Positions 51,056 to 63,854 of a stretch of 63,865 nt of DNA are shown here, piece by piece. Numbering within the stretch: the first letter of the stretch is position 1; each line of letters opens with the position of its first letter. The DNA is from Octopus bimaculoides. Taxonomy: Eukaryota. The DNA lies in NCBI RefSeq assembly GCF_001194135.2, contig NC_068985.1, positions 106,013,424 through 106,077,288 of the forward strand, in the 5' to 3' direction. The translations under genes and the position numbers were made by a program. The notes below the pieces were generated by a model that saw only the letters and a program-made list of their open reading frames with translations, did not search any database and had not been told where the DNA came from.

Positions 51056-54000
51056 AATTCTTTGTCCATTGTGCAACTCATCATTTGTAAACAAGATGGT
51101 AGTAATACTTATTTCTGTGAATAGCAGAATGTCAGAATAAGCATCCACTTATGACTAACCAGAAAATTCTTTGGATTTTTATGTAAGAGATTATGATTTT
51201 GTAAAATCTATTTCTTCCAAAATTTTAACTTTTTCATTTTGTTTTTTTCTTTGCCCATTTGTAATTTATTTTGCAAATTTCATTTTTCCAGTTATAAACA
51301 GAGATTACAATCCAGTTAAATAAAATAAAAATAAATATTTAAAATTCACAAATTCATATTCCTGCCTTACATAACCTCCCCCCGATTTCTGTTTTGAACA
51401 TTACATTTGCAGCCAAAAATATGTTTTTAAAAATATTTTTTTGAAAGTATTTTTCACATAATTATTTTGAACAAAATAATTTTGTAAAAAGAGTTCAAAG
51501 ATGGCATCATAGTTGAGTGTTGCAAAAGTTCAGGTAGCTCACACAGTTACAAGACATCCGCTCAATGTGTGCATAACATTGAGACAATATTCAGGTTATT
51601 TAATATATCACTGTTATGATTTCAGAGCATTAAGTAGCTGTGAAACTGGCCATTTTGGGGATTAAAATAAATAAAGTTTTCCTCATTATATTATAGACTT
51701 CTGTTGAAAAGCAGTGTTGGAGCCTTGAGCTAATCCAGTCCAAAGCAGAAATGAAGATCCCAGAGTGAAAGCATTGAATCCTCCAAATACTGAAGCAATT
51801 TTCCTCACTCTTTTGACTTGTCTTAAAGTAGTTGGTAGTCCCTAAGTCCAGTGGTCCATGCTCCATTGTATCCCACATATCTTTAACTTGCAGTTTGTTT
51901 TGCTCCATGTCAAAATCCTTAATGCAACCAGATATCAGTTAGCTTGCTAACATTCATAACCAGTGAAGAAAATTGCAACATTTTTGCCAGAGACTACTTG
52001 ATTTATTACAGAACTTAATCACAGAGGAACAAGAGAACATAAAAGTTCTGCAGGCAAAAATTATATAAAAGGCTTGCTCTCATTTTGTTTCTCTGATGAT
52101 ATGTTCTCACTGAAATTTGGTTGAATGTCCAAAATACATAGAAGTGTACAATGCATGACATGACATAATGAATGCTAACAGAGATCTAAAGTGTATCAAA
52201 CAAGCATTTTAGCTCCACTGTCTGTCCTCCTTTTCCCTTCCTTAACTATTTGAAAGTGGTCTAAGCTACAAAGAAGCAAAGTTACTGCATTATGACAAAA
52301 ATTCTCCCACAAGCTTTGCAATCTTTATCCAGTCAACAACAACCAGTTTGAATGGATATGCATATCAGTAGACATAGACAATAAATGGGTCAATAGCATA
52401 AAACTTTCACTTGAACACCAGCTATTTTCCCATTCATTACCAAGGCTGTGTCATAGAATTGTGTGACACATAATTGAATATCAATACTGATAAAGTTCAT
52501 CATTGAACTAAGCACAGTGCATTAAAGGGGAAGTTAGATGGATCCCTGAAATTATAATTACATATAGATTTGGTAATGTTCTTGCTGTTTAGCATCTTTG
52601 AATTTAAGGTATTGTCTATGTTGGTGAAGTTCCTATAACAAGACTAAGAAATATTAATAGAGTTTCTATTGAAGATCCTGTCACCTCTGCAGATTTGTGG
52701 TTTGATAAAGGTGGGTAATGGATATTTGGTTAAGCTGCATGTTGATCCCATGTAAAAACCAAATCACCATATTTCATTTTCAATAAATTACATTTATTTA
52801 TATAAAGAAATTACTGAGATTTGTAACAAGAGGCAAATGAAGAGTTGGGCTTTACCAATTTAGGAAGTATATTTAGATGTGTGCATGTAAGCAGGTTTGA
52901 AATGTATAAATGCATGTTTTATATAAAGGTAACGATAAAAATCAGAAGGTAATGCATTTGGTTAACAAACAATTTATTCCTTGCTCGCACATGAAGTAGC
53001 TGGCACAACAGAGATAAGAGACAATAGGGTGTAGGAGGCATGAGTTAATTCCTTAATGCACATCAAAGTAGTTAGTTCCAGTACCTGGCAGCAAATCTAA
53101 AATATCCAATGAGTTTTGAAGTGGTAGTGAAGCGAGGTAGAAATTCCATAGCATGTCAAGCTAGACGAGTCACAAGCTCGTCGATAGATTAGTGTCTACA
53201 TCTGAATGGGATAAAGCAAAGCAGTGATGAAAGGGGACCAGATGTTAACATTCTGACCTTTAGACAGCGACTGGGTATGCCTTTGAAAAGCGTGCGCTAT
53301 TACTCTGGGCAGAAGTTGTCATGTGTATTCCGTTAGCTTTTAAAGAGCGGAGGAACTCAGCCTCAGTGTGCTGCTATGCCGGGGCAAAGTAACTCAACTG
53401 CCCTACTAATGCTACAGATTATTTGCTGAAAATATTAAGCCAGAAGTGTGTCTATGTGCTGAAAAAGGTAAGAAAATAAGGCTTCATTTTTGATGAGATG
53501 CTCTTTTAACATAGCTGCCAATAAACCAAGAATATTTCTAACAAACTCTGCTAAGCTTTTCTCCTCTTTCTGGCACATGTCAGTTTATAAGCATATTTTA
53601 GCAGGAAACTGCAAGGAAATTTCCAATAAAATCAGGCACTCACACAAATACATTTGTCACATGATTGGTCAGAATACGAAACAAAATCACCTGACATGTT
53701 GTGGCCTTTTTCTTGTTCCTGAGATGTCTGTTTTGAATTCCAAGCATCACTATAGGTTCTTGGGAAATGTAGTAATTAATTAATTAATGTATGTATATAT
53801 GTCATTGTTCAGTTTTATTTCAAGATTTCTAGTCAATAGAGAAAGAGTTGGCTTCTAACCTAGATCAAAGGCTCTTTCATTAGAATTTCAACATCAACAA
53901 CAGGGTATTTGTGTTTGTTTGTTTGTTTGTATGTATGTATGTATGTGTGTATGTATGTATGTATGTATGTATGCATGTATGCATGTATAAGAATGTGCAT

Positions 54001-54757
54001 GTGTATGTGTGGACATTGTATATTTAAATGTACATATACATACATATGTATGTATGTATGTATGTATGTATGCATATACTTAGGTATCTATTTGTTGTAT
54101 GTTTGTATATGTGCTTATAATGACCTATGTATAAATATTTGTTGAAATACATACAGACAGACATACACACATACACATACATCTAGGTAACAAAAACTAT
54201 TTTCAAATAGTCCGATGACACCAGCTCTAACTCATAAAGAGTTCAAAAGAATAACATTGTTAAGTAACATTATCTTTCTGCAGAAAGAATTTCTTGAGTT
54301 GACCCTAATAGCTAGGCTGTCAAAATTTGGAGCAAAGTCCAAATGAATTGAATGTACAATAATATTTTCCTCAGTTATTCACAGACAGAATGAATTGAGT
54401 ATGTACAGGATAATTTATAGCTAAATTTCGTGAGCTTGGGAAATCATTGCCCTGGTTTTTCCTGGCTTGGTACCATATATATATGTCCCTACACACACAC
54501 ACACGGATACATACATATATGTGCAGATATAGCAACATAGTTAAGAACAGGTACTGGTATTGGTGTAGGGTTGTGATTAGGCACAGGTGTAGCTGTGTGG
54601 TCAGGAATAAGTTCTGGTATGATTGTGTAGTTTAGAATTTTGCTTCCCAACCACATTATTTTGGGTTCAGTCCCACTGCATAGCACCTTGGGCCAGTGTC
54701 TTCTACCAAAACCATGTGAGTGGAATTGGCAGATGAAAACTGAGACGAATAGCTCAT

Positions 54758-54811
<54 letters not shown>

Positions 54812-55262
54812 NNNNNNNNNNNNNNNNNNNNNNNNNNNNNNNNNNNNNNNNNNNNNNNNNNNNNNNNNNNNNNNNNNNNNNNNNNNNNNNNNNNNNNNNN
54901 NNNNNNNNNNNNNNNNNNNNNNNNNNNNNNNNNNNNNNNNNNNNNNNNNNNNNNNNNNNNNNNNNNNNNNNNNNNNNNNNNNNNNNNNNNNNNNNNNNNN
55001 NNNNNNNNNNNNNNNNNNNNNNNNNNNNNNNNNNNNNNNNNNNNNNNNNNNNNNNNNNNNNNNNNNNNNNNNNNNNNNNNNNNNNNNNNNNNNNNNNNNN
55101 NNNNNNNNNNNNNNNNNNNNNNNNNNNNNNNNNNNNNNNNNNNNNNNNNNNNNNNNNNNNNNNNNNNNNNATATATATATATATATACATACATATATTT
55201 CGCCATGATAGATCGCTGACCACTACACATATTTTTTTCTCTTCTTGTTTCTTTCTGTGTTC

Positions 55263-55298
55263 CTTTCTGTTGAAGAGCGTATGCTCGAAACGTTAAAG
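55263..55298 (+). ncRNA. Minimal type I hammerhead-ribozyme-like motif (Penelope-like element type), with a non-canonical core base
   Basis: CTTT-CTGTTGA-A-GAGC(GTAT)GCTC-GAAA-CGT-T-AAAG: helix I CUUU/AAAG, helix II 4 bp, palindromic ACGU helix III, GUU cleavage triplet. A6 is replaced by U. Confidence 0.55.
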
Positions 55299-58200
55299 AC
55301 TTTCTCTATTCCCGAGCATTATACTAATACATCCATTTGTTGTTTGCACCACCTGTCTTCGTTTGTTGTTTTTTCGTGAATTTTCCCTATATATATATAT
55401 ATACACACACACATACATATTTATATATATAGGAAGTACCATTGTAAGGTTGCTTAATCTGCCCCACCCTTCAATATCAAAACCTGCTTGGGAAGGATAT
55501 TCCTTAGATTAATGGACAAACATTTCATATGGTCACATAGACACAGGTGATTGTTTTATAGACTCAACTTAAGGGTCTTTTTCAGCTGTGCACCCGGCAT
55601 TAAAAAAATATTAGTGAATTTCTTTAAACTTGATGCAGAAGCAGGATGCTCATGCAGGGTTAGCAATGAGTGCCCAGTGGGGCTAAGTTGATGCTACTCC
55701 AAAGCCATGGTCTATGAAGCTGAGGGGGTGTCTGGTAGCAAAGGCAGCAGTGGCAATATTTACAACATCAGCAAAGGCACCAATATATCCACTAGTAACA
55801 ACAACAGTGACAACAATTGCAGTAGTGGTGGCAGTAACACATGTAACATGGCAACAGCAGCAACAACAGCACCAACAATGCATCCAACAGTAGCAGTAAC
55901 AGTGGCAGTGATGGTGGTAACAACAGCAACAACTACAGCACCACCATTGCATCCAGCAATAACAGCAACATCAGTGACACCAATAGCAGCTGCAGTAGCA
56001 GCAGTAACAATAACTGCAGCACAATGAGCACAAGGGTACAGACACAGAAACATATTGAATCTACAGAAGATCCATTCAAGCAATGTCTTAACAATCACAG
56101 GTCCTCTTTTAGGATACCAGCTATGTATGGTGTTTTAAAGAGGAGGGTACACCATACATAATTAAATGGAAGTTGCTAGATCAATTGGGATCATACCTCA
56201 ATGGCTGCAAACGATGTAGGCTTTGCTTGACTGAGAGAATAAGAATCCTGAGAAACTGAGGATCTTCAACTCCAAAAATTAGATGTTTACTTGGTGCCCT
56301 CTTCGGAGAAAATTTGTGTTGGAAACATGGAATTCCCTGTTTGCCAGCTAGGAAAGAGCAATGACCTATATACTAACCCATTTTAGATGCAACTGGAACT
56401 CATGTAAGGGGGATAACTCCTCTTCACCCAGATTTACTGTCAGTAGAATTTCTTTCTACCACTCACACCTAAAGTAAACTCTTAACTAGATGTCATTATG
56501 GTTTAATAAACATATACTTCAGTTTCTCCAATTTCCATTACCTGTCTACTTACCCTATGTCTGTCGTATCTTTCCACAGAAGAGCAAGTACTCAAAATCA
56601 TCATCATCATCGTTTAACGTCCGCTTTCCATGGACTAGCAAGCCAGAAGGCTGCACCAGGCTCCAATCTGATCTGGCAGAGTTTCTACAGCTGGATGCCC
56701 TTCCTAACGCCAACTACTCCAAGAGTGTAGTGGGTGCTTTTATGTGCCACCGGCACAGTACTGGCAATGGCCACACTCAAAAGGTGTTTTTTACATGCCA
56801 CCTGCATGGGACCCAATCAGACATTTCATTCTTTCTTTTTCCTATTTCTTAAGCATCAAATTAATACCAAAACTGTGTCTATTTTTTATGTCTGTTATGC
56901 ATAAAGTGCATATAACTGATGTTCAGAGAAAATAACTTATCCAGGCTGGAAGTGTGGGAAAGTAGGTAGGGTTTCCGTATTGTTCTGTATTATTTTTAAA
57001 ATTAATTGAAACAAAAGCAGTGTATTTCAGAAGAAATTTGGTAACAAAAGGGTTAAGTACTCTGTAAAAGTGCATTTGGTATATTTGGGAAACAGTTCCA
57101 CTTATGTATTTTACCACAGACAGAAAAAATACATGGTAGAAAATCTTTTGTCGAAAGGCTCAAGAAGAATTTGAATGTAGAGTTGTTTTGCATTTCAATT
57201 CCTAAACTTGAATTTTTTCCCAAAATAAATTAGAGCATTTTATTTATTTATCTATTTATTTATTTATTTATTTATTTATTCATTTTTGGCTGAATGTAAA
57301 ATCAGAAAGTTCAATACTCCATGAATTAGCAATGAGGGCTCTTTTAACATTTTCTTCCACCATACATTCATATGAGTCAGTATTTTGCAGCTATAACAAT
57401 ACAAACAAAATTCTGCTCAACTACTGAGAATGCAAAAATTCCCTGATGAACATCTCTGACAAATATCAAACCACTGTAGATAGATTGTGCTGCCACAAAC
57501 AAGCGCCCCATCCTATTGAATATATGGAAATCTTTTTGTTGTTAGTTAAATATTGCATGGTTGCGTAGGTTTGCTGTTCTATATTCTCTGAGTTTTGGTC
57601 TGTGATTAAGAACTTTGTTCCTCTGCTGCATGATTTTGCTGTGTGGCACCTTGTGCAAATACCTTATATAACAGCACTGGGCTGACCAAATCCTTGTGAG
57701 TGAATCTGGAATCTGAAGCTATAAAAAATCTGATGAACATATGTGTGTGTGTTTCTTTGTCTTGAAATCTGTGTATTGATTGCAAGCAAAGTCACTGTTC
57801 ATTTGTTTGCAGTCTTCCCTGAAAATATGTCTGGCTATTGAGCTGTTCATGTTCAAAGAATCAGATGAAATATTACCTTGTTTGGAAACAGGTGAAAGTT
57901 GGTGACAGGGAATATATTGAGTGGTAGAAATTGGTGCATCTTAACAAGTTTCATCTGACCTGTGCAAACTGAAAAAGTGGGTACTAAAATGATGATGATA
58001 GTGGTGGAGAAGGTTGATGGTGATGATGATCATGATGATGATGAGGAGGAGGAGGAGAAGGAAGGGGAGAAGTAGGAGAAAGAAGGAGCGGAGAAGTAGA
58101 AGGAAGGAGAGGAAGAGAAGGATGATGATGATGATAATGATGATACTCTTCCTCCTCCTCATTATCATCACTTACAAGTTATATTCTTTTATTGCCTGTT

Positions 58201-58735
58201 AGTTGAATTTTATATTTCTTTATAACCATAATAGTATGGAGGAAGGACTCACAAAAAAAAAAAATTGTCTGGTAAAAAGGGATCACAAGGGGAAATCATT
58301 TAAGGGACTAAACATATGACTACTCTAACTGCTGGCATATAATCCCGTACCTCTTCTTTCTTAGCTCATGATTGCTACTCCTTTTCTACAAGTACAAGGT
58401 TTTGAGAATCTCACCTGAGTCCATTAACTTCCAGCAAATAAATTTATTTTCTCTTTTGAAGGATTGTGAATCAATGTATGAGGGAATTATTATTGCAATA
58501 ATCCATGTATGGGGATGATTACAAATGATAATTGTAACCCAAACTTCAACAGTATCTCAGGAGGCACTGGAATGTGTCCATCAACTTTCAGGAACACCAA
58601 CTTAGATTTATCACTGAATATAGAAGAGTTGGTAATCTCTGTGTGTTTGCAGCATTCTCGTGGCAGTCAATAAGTATGATGGGAAGTAATTGTGTTGTAG
58701 ACTTCTTCAATTCTTCAGAGAATGTTGGAAATGCA

Positions 58736-58862
58736 ACAGTTCAAGAATACACTGATTGTCACCATTAACAAGAAGAGCAAGGGTGATAGACAAGGTTGTG
58801 GAAATTATTGAGGTATTTCTTCTATTTCAACCACAGTGAAAATTAAAGCAAAAATAGTGCAT
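58736..58862 (+). mobile_element. Old RTE-type RT fragment
   Basis: Encodes FKNTLIVTINKKSKGDRQGCGNY*GISSISTTVKIKAKI, cf. the RT domain-1 motif IvtiyKrKGDr..CgNYRGIsLls. Confidence 0.65.
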
Positions 58863-58889
58863 ATGTAACTGTCAAAAATATCCAGACAA

Positions 58890-59270
58890 AGTCCTCATGA
58901 AACTCAGTGTATGTCTAGGAGCACCAATTGTCACTTTCAAACAAGTTTACCTTGTGACAGATTCAGAAGAAAAACTCACAAACAATAGTTTACAACACAG
59001 AAAACAAGTTGCTGTTGCAACATTTCTTTATAAAATGCCAACAAGCCTCATCCTGTCAGATCTCAGAGCAAGGTTATCTCCACAGTATGTAAGATGCAGT
59101 AGTTTTACAAGGGACATTCATTCCTGCACACAGGCTTTCAGACTTGATGTCTAAATCCGTACTCATGACAACTTGTCTATAAGAATTTGGAACAAACTTC
59201 CACAGACTGTCACATGAGCCATCTTGGCTGATGAGAGACTGGCTTTCAAGTCAAGTGCATGAACATCTAT
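58890..59270 (+). mobile_element. Old CR1/L2-group LINE ORF2 C-terminal fragment
   Basis: Encodes SLQHRKQVAVATFLYKM ... SIRIWNKLP, the typical SL..RR...l..yK and WN.LP motifs. Confidence 0.55.
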
Positions 59271-59934
59271 CACTTTTGTCATTGAAAATGCAATGAAGCA
59301 ATGATTGGCTCACTGGACACCTAGCCACAATATTGATTTCTACAGTGTGTGTGCTACCCAGGACAGCCTTTGAATTTGCTGTTCCCGTTGGAGCCTCAAG
59401 GTAAAATAGCAGTGCCCGAAGTGTCACCCTGATAAAAGTACCGTCCGAAACGGACCTCCCCACTTGCTCCAACTCCTAACTACGCTACTCAGCAAATACT
59501 ACCCAAGACAGACATGTCCCCTTGCCCTCTTTTTGCTATGCGAATATTGAAAGCAATACAAGTGACAACAGAGAAACTAAACTCTCGTTTGCATGAGGTC
59601 GTTATCTACAATCGGCTTTCTTTTTCCTGTTACATAACCCTCTCACATCATTTTATTTTCTCTTTCTCACATTCCTTCCCACTTTTTTCCGCTTTGTCTT
59701 TCTTTTGTTTCTTTTTCGGTGTCAGAGAGAGAATTGAACCACTGATTATCCTTCCCTTATGTTCTCACACTCACGTGTACCACTCTCTCTCATTCATGTG
59801 TTCTCTCACCTTTCCTACACCTCTCACGTCACGCTCTCTCTCTCTGAGTTTTCCTCATACTCTCTGTTTATCTCCTTCATTTCTTCCTCTCTTTTTATTC
59901 TCTTTTCGTTACTCCCACTCTAGTGTGAGTTGCA

Positions 59935-60060
59935 CTTCGCCGATTGGCTGTCATCAGTCACGTGTGAACGATGGCTGCATGATGGCAGAAAAGGAAGTAT
60001 TGAGTATCCAGTGAGATGGGCAGCAGCTGCAAATGTCCGCGTCACCCGTGACAAGCACCA
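59935..60060. promoter_or_regulatory. Promoter-like motif cluster (inverted CCAAT, E-box, GGAAGT)
   Basis: ATTGG 59943-59947, GTCACGTG 59957-59964, GGAAGT near 59992, GTCAC-CC-GTGAC 60041-60052. CpG-containing patch after a long CT-rich tract. Confidence 0.45.
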
Positions 60061-60502
60061 AAATAAGTGAGAGATAATCAAAGTCGTGCATTAGGAAACA
60101 ATCGACCTTTACAAAGGTGGACACCATTTGTTCAGTAACTGCCGTCTACACTATACATCGTTACATACAGCAGCGTTATATATGTATATATATACCTATA
60201 TATAAACTGTCTTTTCCAGCTTTTATAAACATCATACAAGCCTGTGTACACACACATATACACACGACATAAATTTTTTGTATACATCGTACAAGCTTTT
60301 ATATACACTACATGGACTTCAGAAGCATTACATAAGCCTTTTTACACCACAGAGGCTGTATATACATCTCACAAGCCTTTATACACTCCATACAGATTTT
60401 ATTCGCATACACACGTCTTAACATAATCACAGATTTTATTTTTCTTTCCACATCACACAACCTATATATACAACCAGGCTATACATATAATACCTAATAC
60501 TT

Positions 60503-60533
<31 letters not shown>

Positions 60534-61532
60534 TAACTTACATTGGACTTTATAATAAGCGCCCTCCACACCAGCTTTATTAGTATTTATATATTATTGA
60601 AATTCTGAATGCTTCCCTGATGTTTATTTCTTTTGACGGATAAGTCGGAGTTTCTTTTCTTTTTTTTTTTTAAAGATCTAGAGGATCAGACTAGAATTGG
60701 GAATTAAAAAACAACAACAATAAGATCGTTTAATATCAACATCATTGCCAGCAACAGTAAATATTTCTTACTAGATGATGCTTTGCTGGATTTCCAAGGA
60801 TCATTTTCACTTTTGAGACAAACACTTAAGACATACGGTTTATTTGGCTGTGAATTACTTGTGCGGAGATATGAGACAAGATTCCTTTGGATGTTTACGA
60901 CTTCAGACTGATCGCTTGGAAGCTCAAAACAAAACCCAACCTATTTAAGTCTATTACAATCAACAATGAAAGCTTCGTTTGAGACATTTCTATAGCTGCA
61001 ATTGTATTTTATATTTACACACAGGCAGTTTTATTGCTGTTTCAACTACAGACCATTCTCTGGATTAACCTTCTGTACTAGCTGGGCCTTACCAAGTAAT
61101 TTTTTACTCTTACAAATCGAACGAAACCAAAGCATCCTAGCCTAATACTTTGGTTATTGTTATTTAAGAAATATATATTAAAATATATAGGCAACCACCT
61201 CTAGTCTATCTTGACCTCACTTGACCTACCTTCAACAGTTTTGTTGCCATAAACAGGATCTTTAACACGCACACTTACATATAGCCATCCATATATACAT
61301 ACACACAGGCACACACACATACAAATTCCAAAGAGGCAACATTGGTCTTATAAGTAGATCAACTCTGTAACTAACATATTGTAATTTCAAGTAAATTATT
61401 TATTTATATCTTGCCTATATATGTGCACTTTTGCGCTTTGCTTTCCTATTTGAAGTTTTATTTTGTTTGGGTGTGCTAAAATAAGTTTTTAAGCTCGTAA
61501 CACCGAGTGTGTGTATACATTCATACACAGAT

Positions 61533-61563
<31 letters not shown>

Positions 61564-61621
61564 CACACATACTTATACATGCAATGAGCGGCCAAGGGGA
61601 GTGATAAAATCGTTATGATCA

Positions 61622-62099
61622 ATGGGGGTTGGTCGTATTCCGGTGGGCTATTATTACCCAGTTCTACCAAATTACGGGGAGACCTCATCGTTGTCGGGTG
61701 GAGCAAGCTGCTGCGCCCGACACCAGCGAGATGTAGCGACAAGAAGACAATTTGAACTCAGCAAAACGTCCACTACCTCTTCCTCTTTATCATCGTCGTC
61801 GTCGTCATCCTCATCATTATCATCATCATCGTCATCATTATCATCGGAATCATTACCAACATCATCATCACTATCACAACCAACATCTTGTAATTGTTTT
61901 GGATACCTTTTCTACTGCTCCAATGTGCCGTCATGGAGCGGTTATGTATGGCAGCAGAAACAGCAGCCGAAGCAGAACAGAACTGGCATGCAAGCCACTA
62001 CACAAAACCAGCAGACTGGTATGTGGACTACAATGTGTTCGACTGCTATCAACAACACACTACTGCTGAGGAAACATGCCATTACTGTAGGACTTTTAG
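61622..62099 (+). CDS. Putative first coding exon of an unidentified gene (frame ambiguous: ATG 61622 or ATG 61933)
   Basis: GC/CpG-richer island ending in a consensus donor TTAG|GTAAGT at 62099/62100. Two frames stay open to the donor. No family recognised. Confidence 0.4.
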
Positions 62100-63142
62100 G
62101 TAAGTTCAATTTTTATAAAAATAACTCCTCTTTTTTTTTTCTAGACCGTTTGGTCTGTTTGTCCTACTTTGATGAAATGCTTGAAGTTTATATAGTTGAA
62201 AGTACTAAATGTGATAAACATATAAGCGACTTCGCCCTTGCCCGATATCAGTGAGAAACAAGTTGTAATTAATAATAATAATGTTAAATATAAGAAAACT
62301 ATAAAGATAGACATATAAAACAGTTGGGAGCACTAGACGGATACAGAGTTAAAACGATGTTGGGTGATAAATAAACAGACGAATAGAGGCCACCAAACCC
62401 ACATATATATATGTATGAATGTATATATATATATATATATATAGGACAGACAGATATGTAATGTTTTCATTGCATTTATGAGGTACATACTTGTACATAT
62501 GTAACATATAACCACTAGCAACAGAACCAGAATGCCAGCTGATGCATTAGTGTGTTAGATGACATATATATATATATATANNNNNNNNNNNNNNNNNNNN
62601 NNNNNNNNNNNNNNNNNNNNNNNNNNNNNNNNNNNNNNNNNNNNNNNNNNNNNNNNNNNNNNNNNNNNNNNNNNNNNNNNNNNNNNNNNNNNNNNNNNNN
62701 NNNNNNNNNNNNNNNNNNNNNNNNNNNNNNNNNNNNNNNNNNNNNNNNNNNNNNNNNNNNNNNNNNNNNNNNNNNNNNNNNNNNNNNNNNNNNNNNNNNN
62801 NNNNNNNNNNNNNNNNTATATATATGTGTGTGTGTGTATTTCACTGCAGCAATAATACATCATTTACTTAGATCTATTCACATACACACACACACACATA
62901 CACGTGATAGCGTGTGTTTTGTAACAACTCCTCCTCCCTCTCTCATCAACAATATAATTGTATGTGACCAGTGGGTTATTAGAAGCTATGTAAATACCCT
63001 GGCACATGTGTAAGTGTGAGGTCTACTGGTTCGAATCCCTCATGTGGAATTTGAGCAAGTTTTTTTTTTTTTTTGCTTTAGATTCGGGTCAACCTATGCA
63101 CTGTGAGAGAATTCGGGTAGATGTACAGTGTAGGGTCCAGAT

Positions 63143-63564
63143 GGACTATATGTAATCTGAACCTTTCTCCCCTTATTATTATTTTTTTTTTTACGGAATC
63201 CCACGTTTTAGGCTATGGAGATTCCGATTCTGAAAAAAATTTTTCAAAAATCTCAATTTCAAAATTTCGACCCCCCCCCCCCGGTTTTTATATAGATCCA
63301 CAGGGTAAACCTAACCCTAACTCAAACTCTAACCCTAACTCTACCCATGACCCTAACCCTGACCCTAACCCTAACCCTAACACTAGTTTTGTGAGATTTG
63401 GCTGTTATTTCTAGCATGTAAATAGCCTGCTTGGTGGTGGTGGGGGAATTGAAATTTTTCAAACAATTTTTTTTCAGAATCGGAATCTCCATAGCCTAAA
63501 ACGTGGGATTCTGTAAAAAAAATTAATAAATAAGGGGGAGAAAAGTTCAGATTACATATAGTCC
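63143..63564. mobile_element. Non-autonomous TIR element (~115-bp TIRs) with internal telomere-like (CCCTAA)n
   Basis: Ends GGACTATATGTAATCTGAAC...GTTCAGATTACATATAGTCC. About 13 degenerate hexamers at 63307-63384. Confidence 0.9.
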
Positions 63565-63808
63565 GTTTCCGCCCAGTGTAGAAGCTCGTATGTAATGTTA
63601 AATGTGATTCGAAGCGTCAGCTTTGTCACACTGTGCCACGCTAATTCTGCATGAGGATATTCTTACATTATGAGTACAAGTGCCTGTGGAATACTCAGCC
63701 ATTACATGCCAGGTTAGTGAGCGGGTAGTTAAGGTAATCGAACGAATGAAATATTCGTCCTCGAAACCGATGGAGATCCATTCTCTGCAATATATGTGTG
63801 TGTGCGTG

Positions 63809-63854
<46 letters not shown>

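Noticed and set aside
52900-53480. GC-richer block with an FQYLA peptide reminiscent of the RT FKYLG motif
   Set aside because: Too degenerate to assign; a single short motif is insufficient.
55683-56098. Thr/Ala/Ser-rich and Cys-rich ORFs on both strands
   Set aside because: Degenerate (CAG/CAA)n sequence; no splice sites or domain features.
62067-62072. TGC-TGA (Cys-Sec-like) at the end of ORF 61752-62069
   Set aside because: Another stop follows within a few codons, and no SECIS or selenoprotein resemblance was seen.
62985-63050. tRNA-like B box (GGTTCGAATCCC) and similar A/B boxes elsewhere
   Set aside because: These are SINE heads that do not fold into a full cloverleaf; no true tRNA or rRNA gene was seen in the window.
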